Under the pieces are notes generated by a model. It worked only from the letters and a program-made list of their open reading frames with translations, ran no database searches and was not told the DNA's origin. Source: Haloferax volcanii DS2 (GTDB lineage: Archaea; Halobacteriota; Halobacteria; Halobacteriales; Haloferacaceae). From it: 32,000 nt of DNA. The stretch lies in contig NC_013966.1 in NCBI RefSeq assembly GCF_000025685.1, positions 90,001 to 122,000 on the forward strand, read 5' to 3'. This document shows positions 9,946-18,528 of the stretch, piece after piece. How positions within the stretch are numbered: position 1 is the first letter of the stretch; each line of letters starts with the position of its first letter. A program made the position numbers and the translations under genes.

Positions 9946-11091
9946 ATGGAGTTCGAGGTTCCAGCAGAGCAGCGAGCAGTACTAGAAGAGGTCCGCCAGT
10001 TCGGTGAGAACGAAATTCGACCGGTGGCGAGCGAGAACGACAGCGCGGAGCGGTATCCGTACGAGATTATGGAACAGGCCGCCGAACTGGGACTCATCGG
10101 TTCTCAGTTCCCAGTAGAGCACGGCGGCGTCGGGTACTCGCTGCTCGAACGGGCGTTTCTGACCGAAGAACTGTTCGCCATCGACCCCGGGACGGCGCTT
10201 TGTATCACCTCCGCTGACTTCGGAAGCGAGGCTATCCTCGCGTTCGGGACGGAGGCACAGAAGGAGACGTACCTCCCACCGGTCGCAACGGGTGAGGCGA
10301 TTATGGGTGCTGCCATCAGCGAACCACAGGCCGGTTCAGACGTGTCGTCTATCGCCACGCAAGCAGAGCGAGACGGCGACAAATGGGTCATCAACGGCAA
10401 CAAGATGTGGATTACGAATGGGAGTGTAGGCGATTACTTCGTCGTGCTCTGTGAGACGAACCCAGACGCTGAACGCCGACACGGTGGATTTTCGCAGATT
10501 ATCGTTGAGTCAGACCGCGACGGGTTCGATGCTGAAAAAATAACCGGGAAGATGGGGATGCGGGCCAGCGATACCGCCGAACTCATCCTCAACGACGTTC
10601 GTGTGCCCGCCGAGAACCTCGTCGGCGAGGTCGACGGGGGGTTCTACCAGCAGATGCAGTTCTTCGACGAGACGCGGACGATGGTGGCGGCTCAAGCCTT
10701 GGGGATCGCGCGTGGTGCCGCCGAACGCGCACTGGAGTACGCCCAGGAGCGCGAACAGTTCGGCCAGACGCTCAGCGGGTTCCAGGCGATTCAGCACAAA
10801 CTCGCCGAGATGTTTACGAACATCGAGGCTGCCCGACAACTCACGTACAAAGCCACGTGGGGCGTCGAGGAGGGGCATGACGACGACACCTCGCTCTCGT
10901 CGATGGCCAAGGAGTTCGCCTCTCGCGTCGCCGTCGACGTGACGAACGAAGCGGTGCAGATTCACGGCGGTTCGGGCTACGTCAACGACTTCGACGTCGA
11001 ACGATTTTACCGCGACGCGAAGATATCACAGATATACGAGGGAGCGACGGAGATTCAGAAGGGCATCATCGCGCGCGAACTGCTGTCGTAG
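9946..11091 (+). CDS. acyl-CoA dehydrogenase
   Basis: 381 aa, ACAD motifs ([39 protein letters not shown]; [17 protein letters not shown]). Paralog of 4975-6120. Confidence 0.9.
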   Translation: MEFEVPAEQRAVLEEVRQFGENEIRPVASENDSAERYPYEIMEQAAELGLIGSQFPVEHGGVGYSLLERAFLTEELFAIDPGTALCITSADFGSEAILAFGTEAQKETYLPPVATGEAIMGAAISEPQAGSDVSSIATQAERDGDKWVINGNKMWITNGSVGDYFVVLCETNPDAERRHGGFSQIIVESDRDGFDAEKITGKMGMRASDTAELILNDVRVPAENLVGEVDGGFYQQMQFFDETRTMVAAQALGIARGAAERALEYAQEREQFGQTLSGFQAIQHKLAEMFTNIEAARQLTYKATWGVEEGHDDDTSLSSMAKEFASRVAVDVTNEAVQIHGGSGYVNDFDVERFYRDAKISQIYEGATEIQKGIIARELLS

Positions 11092-11217
11092 CGGCAACTC
11101 CCACGAGTCGACGTGTCGCCGCTGAGATACGGGAGGACACCGGTTTTCCGTGGTCGAACCCGACCACATCGCGTGAGTTACTTTTAAGTAGCCTGGTAAA
11201 AATTCTACTTACGTACA

Positions 11218-13170
11218 ATGGTTAGCTTATCCCAAGTTGATACTGTGACCGTTCTCGGCGCAGGAAGCATGGGCCACGGTATCGCAGAGGTATCTGCTAT
11301 TGCGGGGTACGATGTCGTTCTCCGCGACATCGAAGACGAGTACGTCCAGAACGGATACGACCAGTTGGAGTGGAGCGTCAAGAAGCTCGCCGAGAAGGGC
11401 CAGCTAAGCGACTCTCCCGAGGAGATTCTCGCCCGGGTCGAGACGACGACTGACCTCGAAGCTGCCGTTTCAGGTGCTGATATCGTCATCGAGGCGGCCC
11501 CGGAGAACCTCGGCCTGAAGCGGGACATCTTCTCGGAAGTCGAGGCGTTCGCGTCCGACGAGACCATCATCGCCACGAACACGTCGAGTCTTCGAGTCAG
11601 CGACATCGCCGCAGAGGTGGCCCTCCCCAGGCGGTGCTGTGGTCTCCACTTCTTCAACCCACCAGTAAAGATGGACCTTGTAGAGGTCGTTTATGGCGAG
11701 AAAACTACCGAGGACGTCGCGGAAACGGCCTATGAGTTCGCGGAATCACTCGACAAGACGCCGATCTACGTCCAAAAGGACGTTCCCGAATTCGTGGTGA
11801 ACAACGTGTTGACGCCGTTCATGGAAGAGGCAGGGTGGATGCTCGACGACGGCACCGCCACCGTGGAGAGCGTCGACGCCACGATGGTGTACGAACGGGG
11901 GTATCCAATGGGACCGTGTGAACTCAATGACTTCGGCGGCCTCGACATCCTCGCCCATACTCGCGACCAGTGGGACCGGCCCATTCCCGAGTCCATCAGA
12001 GACCGGGTCGAAGCCGACAAACTCGGCCGGAAGACCGGCGCGGGTTTCTACGACTACGATGACGGCCCCGGCGTCGACTACGGTCCCGAAGACCTCGCCG
12101 GCGTTGACTCGCTCCGAATCGAGGCACGGATGATAAACGCCGCAGCCAAACTCGTCGGCGACGGTGTCGCCACACCCGAAGATATCGATATCGGGATGCG
12201 TCTCGGCGGTGGGTTACCCGAAGGGACCTGCAGAACGGCCGACAAGATCGGGCTAGATGCGGTCCTCGAGAAACTCGAATCGCTCTATTCGGAAACCGGT
12301 GCTGACCGCTATGCGCCCGCAGATTACCTTGTGGAACTGGTTGAAGACGGAAATACTGGCGAAGCCGCCGGACAGGGTTTTTATGACTACTCCGGAGACG
12401 GCCCGTACTTCTATCTGGACCATGAGATCGATGACCGCGGTGTCCTCTCGGTGACCCTCGACCGACAGGAGCGTCTGAACGCGTTCAACGACGACATGTT
12501 CGCCGAAGTCGAACGGTTGATGACAACCGCCGACGTCGACGACGTGCGATGTGTCGTATTCGAGGGTGCCGGCGGCAAAGCCTTCTCCTCCGGTGCCGAC
12601 GTGACGGCCTTCACCACGACTGACCCCATCTCTATGATGGACATCGACCAGACGATGGTCGCCGTCGCCGAGTTCGAACGACCCACCATCGCAAAGATCG
12701 ACGGTTACTGCTTCGGTGCCGGTCTCGAACTCTCCCTCGCGTGTGACTTCCGCGTTGCGTCAGATGGCTCGTCGTTCGCGTCACCGGAAATCGACTTAGG
12801 CCTCATCCCAGGTGGCGGCGGTACTCAGCGTCTCGTTCGGACAGTCGGAGAACCACTCGCCAAGGAGATGATATTCCGTGGCACTCACCTCAGTGCCTCC
12901 GAGGCCGAGACGGCTGACTTACTCAACGAGGCTGTCCCGGAAGATGAACTCGATGACACTATTGAGTCGTACGTCTCCGACTTCGTACGCGGTCCTCCGA
13001 CCGCTCTCAAAGTCGCCAAGCGTATCATTGATAAGGGACAGGACGTCGACCTGGAATCCGGCCTCTCGCTCGAGAAACAGGGATTCAGCCTCCTGATCAC
13101 TACCGACGACATGGTGGAGGGCGTCACAGCGTTCCGCGAAGATCGCGAACCAGAGTTCACTGGTGAGTGA
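11218..13170 (+). CDS. fused 3-hydroxyacyl-CoA dehydrogenase / enoyl-CoA hydratase (FadB-like)
   Basis: 650 aa. N-terminal Rossmann fold (VTVLGAGSMGHGIAEVSAIAGYDVVLRDI). C-terminal crotonase fold (FSSGADVTAF...GYCFGAGLELSLACDFRVA). Confidence 0.9.
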   Translation: MVSLSQVDTVTVLGAGSMGHGIAEVSAIAGYDVVLRDIEDEYVQNGYDQLEWSVKKLAEKGQLSDSPEEILARVETTTDLEAAVSGADIVIEAAPENLGLKRDIFSEVEAFASDETIIATNTSSLRVSDIAAEVALPRRCCGLHFFNPPVKMDLVEVVYGEKTTEDVAETAYEFAESLDKTPIYVQKDVPEFVVNNVLTPFMEEAGWMLDDGTATVESVDATMVYERGYPMGPCELNDFGGLDILAHTRDQWDRPIPESIRDRVEADKLGRKTGAGFYDYDDGPGVDYGPEDLAGVDSLRIEARMINAAAKLVGDGVATPEDIDIGMRLGGGLPEGTCRTADKIGLDAVLEKLESLYSETGADRYAPADYLVELVEDGNTGEAAGQGFYDYSGDGPYFYLDHEIDDRGVLSVTLDRQERLNAFNDDMFAEVERLMTTADVDDVRCVVFEGAGGKAFSSGADVTAFTTTDPISMMDIDQTMVAVAEFERPTIAKIDGYCFGAGLELSLACDFRVASDGSSFASPEIDLGLIPGGGGTQRLVRTVGEPLAKEMIFRGTHLSASEAETADLLNEAVPEDELDDTIESYVSDFVRGPPTALKVAKRIIDKGQDVDLESGLSLEKQGFSLLITTDDMVEGVTAFREDREPEFTGE

Positions 13171-13225
13171 AGTGATGACATTGAACAAAGAAATATATTG
13201 GAATAGCGTATTAACATAACCAGCC

Positions 13226-14860
13226 ATGATGGATTACGAACTCACACTGACGAAAACGCTCCGTCGGGCGGTGGACCAGTTCGGCGACAAGGAGATTGTC
13301 ACTAAGCTTGACGATGGGGGGTACCACCGCTACACGTACAGCGATGCGTACGAACGGATTTGCCAGTTGGCGCACGCGCTGGACGACTACGGCCTCGACC
13401 ACGGCGACCGGGTATCGGTAATGGCTACAAACCACTACCGACACTACGAGTTGTACTACGGTCCCTCCTGTAGTGGTCGGTCCATCCACATGACGAACCA
13501 TCGGCTTCCGGACGAACACCTCACGACAATTATCGATGAGGCCGAAGACCGCGTACTGTTCTTCGACGAGGCTTTCCTCGACACCGTCGAGCGGATCGCA
13601 CCGGAACTCGAAACCGTCGAACAGTACGTCGTCCTCGACGAAAGCGTCCCCGAGACAGACCTCGATTCGGTCACCGACTACGAGTCGTTCATCGCAGGAT
13701 ACGAGACGGAGTACGAATGGCCGGACCTCGACGAGGACACCGAGTGTGGTATCTGCTACACGTCGGGGACGACTGGGCTCCCGAAGGGTGCTTCCTACTC
13801 CCACCGCGGACTGTTCCTCCTGAGCATGAACTACGGGGCGAAAGACACCTTCGGCATCACCGAGAAAGACGTCATTCTCCCCGTCGTACCGATGTTCCAC
13901 GTTAACGGCTGGTGTCTACCCTACAGCGGTACGTTCTACGGTTCTTCGTTCGTTCTTCCGGGGAAACACACTGATCTGGAGGCTGTCGAGGCGATGATCC
14001 GTGAACAGAACGTAACTGTCGCTGCTGCCGTGCCGACGATCTGGACCGACATGGCGAACTACATCGACGAGCATCCCGAAGCCGACATCAGTACCCTCGA
14101 TCGGATTCTGACCGGTGGAAGCTCACCGCCGCCAGCCGTCATGCGGCGGTTCTACGAGGAGTTCGACGCACCGATAATCCAGGGCTATGGGATGACGGAA
14201 GCGTCGCCACACCTCGTCAATACGCTGCTTACCGAAAAAGTTCGAAACCTCCCCGAGGAAAAGCAGTACGAACTCCAGACCAAGCCGGGGCTCCCCGTTC
14301 CGGGCGCGGAGATCCGACTCCGGAACGAGAAGGGCGAACCCGTCGAGCACGACGGCGAATCTAACGGTGAAATCCAGGTCCGGAGTCCGTGGGTCATCGA
14401 CGAATACTTCGCTCGCCCCGAAGCCACTGCGGAGTCTTTCACCGACGACGGGTGGTTCAAGACCGGCGACATTGGGACCATCGACGAATATGGCTATCTC
14501 GACGTGGTAGACCGCGTCGACGACATCATCAAGAGCGGCGGTGAATGGATCTCCTCGGTCGAACTCGAGAACGAAGTCGTAGCCCACGAGAAAGTCGTCG
14601 AGGCCGTCGTCATCGGTGTTGAGCACGACCGTTGGCAGGAACGCCCCGTCGTGTACGTCAACACCAACGACGACGTGAGCGAGGGCGAACTCAAGAACCA
14701 CCTTCTCGACCGCTTCCCGAAGTGGTGGTTGCCTGATGAGTTCATCTTCACCGACGACATCCCCCAGACCAGTACTGGGAAGTACGATAAGAAGATACTC
14801 CGCTCGTTGTTCCGCGACCGGTACGGATCGCTACCGCTCGAAAACGAAACAGCGCAGTAA
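13226..14860 (+). CDS. AMP-forming acyl-CoA ligase (fatty/aromatic acid-CoA ligase)
   Basis: 544 aa with the AMP-binding signature YTSGTTGLPKGASYSHRGL, plus GYGMTE and TGDIG...GYLDVVDRVDDIIKSGGEWIS motifs. Confidence 0.9.
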   Translation: MMDYELTLTKTLRRAVDQFGDKEIVTKLDDGGYHRYTYSDAYERICQLAHALDDYGLDHGDRVSVMATNHYRHYELYYGPSCSGRSIHMTNHRLPDEHLTTIIDEAEDRVLFFDEAFLDTVERIAPELETVEQYVVLDESVPETDLDSVTDYESFIAGYETEYEWPDLDEDTECGICYTSGTTGLPKGASYSHRGLFLLSMNYGAKDTFGITEKDVILPVVPMFHVNGWCLPYSGTFYGSSFVLPGKHTDLEAVEAMIREQNVTVAAAVPTIWTDMANYIDEHPEADISTLDRILTGGSSPPPAVMRRFYEEFDAPIIQGYGMTEASPHLVNTLLTEKVRNLPEEKQYELQTKPGLPVPGAEIRLRNEKGEPVEHDGESNGEIQVRSPWVIDEYFARPEATAESFTDDGWFKTGDIGTIDEYGYLDVVDRVDDIIKSGGEWISSVELENEVVAHEKVVEAVVIGVEHDRWQERPVVYVNTNDDVSEGELKNHLLDRFPKWWLPDEFIFTDDIPQTSTGKYDKKILRSLFRDRYGSLPLENETAQ

Positions 14861-15123
14861 TCCGAGTCATCGACCCGGTAGTGCAGACGAGCAGTCACAC
14901 TTTCGTGCGGTTGTTGCGTTTAGTCTCCATGCAGTCGTTCGAATGCTCGGTCCTCTGCGGAACTCTTTCAGTCGATGATTTATTGTGATGGGTATGGCGG
15001 TGGGGGAATACGGTCATCGAACCTGTCGGGAAGGGTCCGACGTGAGTGACACCGAGTCAAACACACCCAGTGGAATCAGTCGTGTCAGTCGGTTTTGGTG
15101 TGGCGTCTTTACGAACGTAGATT

Positions 15124-15390
15124 CTACAGATAATCAAGGCAGAGTGCCTCGTGGTCGTGTCGCGTCGGCGTTCGCGGCGCGCCCACTCGCTTGCGCTCCG
15201 TGCGCTCGAACGACCGCCACTCGGGGCCGCGGTTGATGCCGTGGCCGTCGATGATGAGACCACAGGACTCACACCGTCGTTCACCAGCGTCTGTAATGAC
15301 CTGGCCGCCACACTCCGGACAGGAGGCGTTTCCACAGGATTTCCCGCACGATTCGTCGAACTGTCGCTCGTAGACATCTCGTGTCGCCAT
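15124..15390 (-). pseudogene. tfb: transcription initiation factor TFB, N-terminal zinc-ribbon/B-reader fragment only
   Basis: From ATG at 15390: MATRDVYERQFDESCGKSCGNASCPECGGQVITDAGERRCESCGLIIDGHGINRGPEWRSFERTERKRVGAPRTPTRHD. It then diverges into HEALCLDYL*. The two cyclin-fold core domains of a normal ~320-aa TFB are missing. The track start at 15519 runs through motif F and is unlikely. Confidence 0.7.
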
Positions 15391-15417
15391 CTCGAACACC
15401 GCGCGACGCAATTTAGT

Positions 15418-15447
15418 GCGCCCCGCACCCGTCAGGGGCTGAAAAAA
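15418..15447 (-). repeat. oligo-T + GC-hairpin motif, instance F (degenerate)
   Basis: Minus strand reads TTTTTT-CA-GCCCC-TGACGGGTGC-GGGGC-GC. It keeps the T-run and the GGGTGCG box. The hairpin end lies ~28 nt upstream of the TFB-fragment ATG. Confidence 0.5.
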
Positions 15448-15532
15448 CGCCGTTGCCGTCTCAAACAAGCAGGCTTCAGTTGGGGAGTCATTAAATGATT
15501 GAACCACAACACCAAACATGCTATAGTATTCG

Positions 15533-16039
15533 TTAGAAGTAATTACTCACTTTTGGGACCGAAAGCTGGTCAAGAGCGGCGTCTATCGCTGTCGTTAACT
15601 CGTCAAGTGAGTCGAAAAACCGGTTGCTCAACGCTGCTTGAAGCTGTCTCCAGCACTCCTCAACCGGGTTTAGTTCCGGCGAGTATGATGGAAGCGTCAC
15701 GAACGCGAGGTCGTCACGGGCCGCCAGGTCCGTGACGGCCGACGCTTGAAAGTACGGCGCACCATCTAGCACCACGAGCAAGTCATCTTCAAATTCTTTA
15801 CATAGTGCTAAAATGAAATGTTTCGCGTGTTCAGCGGTGACGTACTCCTCGAATCGTGAAAAGAAGCGATCACCGTCCTCGGTGATCGCGCCCAGCAGAC
15901 ACGTCCAGTCGCGTTGACCAGAGAGTTTGACCGAGGGCCGCGTGCCACGTGGAAACCACGCGGCACGCGGCTCAACTTGCACGGATTTCTTGGTTTGGTC
16001 GATACAGACTACGGTGGCGTCCATCTTCCGCCGCTTTTT
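15533..16039 (-). CDS. IS630-family transposase, DDE catalytic part (orfB, reached by -1 shift at the A7 run)
   Basis: The -1 frame continues ...KKRRKMDATVVCIDQTKK...LLVVLDGAPYFQA...LPSYSPELNPVEECWRQLQ (DDE_3 type). The joined product, ...YEELKKKRRKMDATV..., would be ~335 aa, normal for IS630 transposases. The track ORF 15533-16210 carries a non-coding 5' extension. Confidence 0.75.
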   Translation of the reverse strand, partial: KKRRKMDATVVCIDQTKKSVQVEPRAAWFPRGTRPSVKLSGQRDWTCLLGAITEDGDRFFSRFEEYVTAEHAKHFILALCKEFEDDLLVVLDGAPYFQASAVTDLAARDDLAFVTLPSYSPELNPVEECWRQLQAALSNRFFDSLDELTTAIDAALDQLSVPKVSNYF

Positions 16040-16533
16040 TTGAGTTCTTCGTAGAACGCTTCTTGCTCGTCTTCGTCGGCTTCGGCGGCTGTACGGCGTG
16101 GTTTCTGATATCTCAATCCCGCTTCTTTCAGCAACCGCCGACAACTCGGGATTGAATACTCGACGCCGTATGTTTCCTCGAGAAATTCTTGGGCAAGCGC
16201 CGGCGTCCACGCCGGCGCGTCGAGCCCAACTTCTTCAGGAGGTTCGTGGACGGTCTCTTGAAATTCGCTTTGCTGTGTTTCTGAAAGCTTTCGCTTCCTT
16301 CCGGTTCGTTTATCGTCAGAAACGGCTTGCTCAAGCGACTCGTCGGTGTCGAGTCGCTTGAGCCAGCTGTAGATCGTCCGGCGTTGAACACCGTACCACT
16401 CGGCTAGCTCGGTCTGCGTGACACCGTTCTTGTACGCGATAGCCGCTAAGAGCCGTTGTGTCGGCTTCTTTCCGTCCACGTTGTCGAGAGTGTCTTGTAA
16501 TTCCTCGACGGAAATCTCGTCGAGATGGTTCAC
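16009..16533 (-). CDS. IS630-family transposase, N-terminal HTH part (orfA)
   Basis: 174 aa with HTH motifs (GVTQTELAEWYGVQRRTIYSWLKR...). It ends just after an A7 run (T7 on the + strand, 16035-16041). Confidence 0.85.
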   Translation of the reverse strand: MNHLDEISVEELQDTLDNVDGKKPTQRLLAAIAYKNGVTQTELAEWYGVQRRTIYSWLKRLDTDESLEQAVSDDKRTGRKRKLSETQQSEFQETVHEPPEEVGLDAPAWTPALAQEFLEETYGVEYSIPSCRRLLKEAGLRYQKPRRTAAEADEDEQEAFYEELKKSGGRWTPP

Positions 16534-16622
16534 TATCTCTTACAAGAGTCTCTGAGTAAAAAGTTCTAACGATTACTATAGTAGGTGGATTATCGTTGCA
16601 GGCTCGACGTGTCACACAAGAC

Positions 16623-16646
16623 GCGCCCTGTTCTGCAACGGGTGCG
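16623..16646 (+). repeat. partial inverted-orientation copy of the hairpin motif
   Basis: The + strand reads GCGCCC-tgttctgcaac-GGGTGCG, the same arms as motifs A-C but on the opposite strand. It has an 11-nt loop and no T-run. Confidence 0.3.
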
Positions 16647-16830
16647 AAATCGCGTACCAAGCCATCCGCGCCCACCCCTTGATAACTTCCTCGTGGGCCT
16701 TGTGCCCACCGAGTTTCGTACACTCGACACTCGAGTTATTGGATATCTGTGAGTCACGGTTTGCGGACTGCGTTAGTAGGAGTTTCTAACCAGGCAAACA
16801 GTTAACTGAGACAACAAATGACAGTCTTGT

Positions 16831-17016
16831 ATGAGTAGCTCACCATGGACTGCGAACTTTGCGACTGAAAAAAGCAAATGTGCAGCCGATGTCCAACGCC
16901 TCCTCGAGAAGTACCCGCAACCGGTCGTCTACGAAGTCATGAGTGAACTGCTCCGACAAGAGATGCGCGAGCAGTTTGCTGGTGCGTACGCTGCGTCCCA
17001 GCAGTCCGACGACTAA
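16831..17016 (+). CDS. hypothetical small protein (61 aa)
   Basis: Only an ORF with acidic, helical-looking composition (…DVQRLLEKYPQPVVYEVMSELLRQEMREQF…). It is convergent with the SWIM gene. No recognisable domain. Confidence 0.3.
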   Translation: MSSSPWTANFATEKSKCAADVQRLLEKYPQPVVYEVMSELLRQEMREQFAGAYAASQQSDD

Positions 17017-17049
17017 TGGGTGATTGGTGACGTACGAAACCCCACACGA

Positions 17050-17457
17050 CTACTCAGACAGCTTACGCCGCCCAGCGTCGATACAGTTCCAACAAGGAAG
17101 AGCTTCAGAGAGCTGTTCACACTCGCAGGGCAGGTCTGCTGTGTCATCATCCCCGCACGATGTTGACCCACCATCTGCGACGACGCGCATCTTGACGGCG
17201 AGTTCGAGTATTCGTGGGCGAATCGCGACCGCAACTCGATGCTTACACGGACCGTTGCCGCTCGCATCAGCGGGACACGAACACGACTCGGGCACGCCGT
17301 CCTGAATTCGAACGCGGTACTCGTGCACGTCCGGATCGGTATAGCTCTCGTTGCGTACACGGACATCGCCATCAAGGAGTTCGAACGCGAACGCCTCGTA
17401 CTGCGCTCGCTTGAGAACACGCGTAGGTGGATCGAACTCTGGTAGTACAGGAATCAT
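17050..17457 (-). CDS. SWIM zinc-finger protein
   Basis: CxC...CxH SWIM signature (SCSCPADASGNGPCKHRVAV) plus a C-terminal Cys cluster (CECEQLSEALPCWNC). Start set at ATG 17457 (MIPVLPEF...). The track start at 17496 lies inside hairpin A. Confidence 0.75.
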   Translation of the reverse strand: MIPVLPEFDPPTRVLKRAQYEAFAFELLDGDVRVRNESYTDPDVHEYRVRIQDGVPESCSCPADASGNGPCKHRVAVAIRPRILELAVKMRVVADGGSTSCGDDDTADLPCECEQLSEALPCWNCIDAGRRKLSE

Positions 17458-17472
17458 GGTAGCCAGCGCGCA

Positions 17473-17503
17473 ATGCGCGCACCCCTTCGGGCGCATAGAA
17501 AAA
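17473..17503 (-). repeat. oligo-T + GC-hairpin motif, instance A
   Basis: Minus strand reads TTTTT-CTAT-GCGCCC-GAAG-GGGTGCGC. It lies between the stop at 17526 and the start at 17457. Confidence 0.7.
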
Positions 17504-17525
17504 CTGCGCCGGACGGCAGATGGGG

Positions 17526-18455
17526 TTAGACCGCGTCGAGTGTCGACAGAATCTCTTCGGCCGTCCCACTAATCCGACCCAGTCGCTCTTGCAGCACGTC
17601 TGTCTCGTCGCCCTGCCACGCCGCGAGATAGAACGCCGACCCACTCGCATCCAAGCCGAGGTATCGACCAACGACGTACGCAACGGCCTCCGCTTCAACC
17701 TCGCGTTTCGCCCGCTCGGTCGCGTCAGTAATATCGAAATGCAGAATCGCATGCGCGTACTCGTGGATGATCGTCGATGCGAGGTCTGCGCGATTCGACC
17801 GATCCTTCACTTCCACGAGTGGGGTGAGATCCTGGACACTCCGCGACTGGCAGACGCCCTTCGCCTCTCCATGTCGCCACTCATCGGGATCGACAATGCG
17901 GATGGTCACACCGAGGTCCGACGCGATGTTAGTGAGATCCTCAACGAGTGTGTCAGACTCACCGGTCGCCGCCGTATCCAACTCTGGAAGTGGTTCGCCC
18001 TCGGTCTGCGAAATGTCGAAGACTGGTGCAGGCTTGAAGCCCACGAGGCCCTCCGACCACTCTTCGGGCGGCGTCTCGTCGTACTCACACTCGCTGTTTT
18101 CGTGATAGCTCGGTGCGTTCCCACACTCGGGGCATTGGGTCGTGATGATCGGCACCCAAATCCAAATTGCCGACTCGCCTTCCTCGACGTATCGGTCGAA
18201 CTCTGCTTGCCACGTCCGGTAACCAGCAACCTTCGTCGCCTCAGGACACTGGAGGGTGATGAGGAGTGTGTTGCGGTGAGAGTAGTCGTGGAACTCGCTC
18301 TGGACGTCCAACCACGCTTGGAACTGCTCGCTCGCCCGAGCGTCGTCGACGTCGGCAGCGAGGTCTGCAAGCCATTGTTCGATCGTGCGATGCATCTCAT
18401 CGTGTCGCGTGTCGGTCTCGTCGAACGACACCGACGGAGAACTCGTTGTTGCCAT
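17526..18455 (-). CDS. ArdC-like protein: N-terminal ssDNA-binding (ArdC-N/DUF1738-like) domain plus C-terminal HExxH metallopeptidase
   Basis: From ATG 18455: MATTSSPSVSFDETD...YSHRNTLLITLQCPEATKVAGYRTWQAEFDRYVEEGESAIWIWVP (ArdC-N-like), an inserted CPECG...ECEYD zinc ribbon, and C-terminal ...IIHEYAHAILH...EVEAEAVAYVV (zincin). The track's 70-codon 5' extension overlaps the upstream gene and hairpin B. Confidence 0.7.
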   Translation of the reverse strand: MATTSSPSVSFDETDTRHDEMHRTIEQWLADLAADVDDARASEQFQAWLDVQSEFHDYSHRNTLLITLQCPEATKVAGYRTWQAEFDRYVEEGESAIWIWVPIITTQCPECGNAPSYHENSECEYDETPPEEWSEGLVGFKPAPVFDISQTEGEPLPELDTAATGESDTLVEDLTNIASDLGVTIRIVDPDEWRHGEAKGVCQSRSVQDLTPLVEVKDRSNRADLASTIIHEYAHAILHFDITDATERAKREVEAEAVAYVVGRYLGLDASGSAFYLAAWQGDETDVLQERLGRISGTAEEILSTLDAV

Positions 18456-18490
18456 TGGTTTCAGTTCTGATGCGTCCCTCCAGGACGCGC

Positions 18491-18516
18491 CGCACCCCTC
18501 TGGGGCGCACAAAAAA
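18491..18516 (-). repeat. oligo-T + GC-hairpin motif, instance B
   Basis: Minus strand reads TTTTTT-GT-GCGCCCC-AGA-GGGGTGCG. It lies between the stop at 18529 and the start at 18455. Confidence 0.7.
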
Positions 18517-18528
18517 CAGCGGGGCGAA

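Larger units (their letters stand above)
15522..16580 (-). mobile_element. IS630-family insertion sequence with TA target duplication
   Basis: Terminal inverted repeats ctatagtattcgttagaagtaattactca (15521-15549) versus the reverse complement of 16553-16581 (ctatagtaatcgttagaactttttactca) match at 25 of 29 positions. TA is present at 15522-15523 and 16579-16580. Two overlapping transposase ORFs lie inside. Confidence 0.85.

Noticed and set aside
13211-13900. 229-aa minus-strand ORF
   Set aside because: Antisense to the acyl-CoA ligase, which has unmistakable AMP-binding motifs. The translation is Val/Arg-rich with no domain features. The same applies to 14123-14701 and 14494-14898.
15057-15498. 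ORFs 15057-15428 (-), 15151-15498 (+), 15191-15373 (+), 14985-15236 (+)
   Set aside because: They overlap the TFB zinc-ribbon frame in other frames or strands. No features.
17458-17496. Track start of the SWIM gene at 17496 (MRPKGCAHCALAT...)
   Set aside because: That ATG is part of the stem of hairpin A (gcgcat). The internal ATG at 17457 gives a normal N-terminus.
17520-18470. 316-aa + strand ORF
   Set aside because: Antisense shadow of the ArdC-like gene. It is Arg-rich and basic, unlike the acidic proteins encoded elsewhere in the window.
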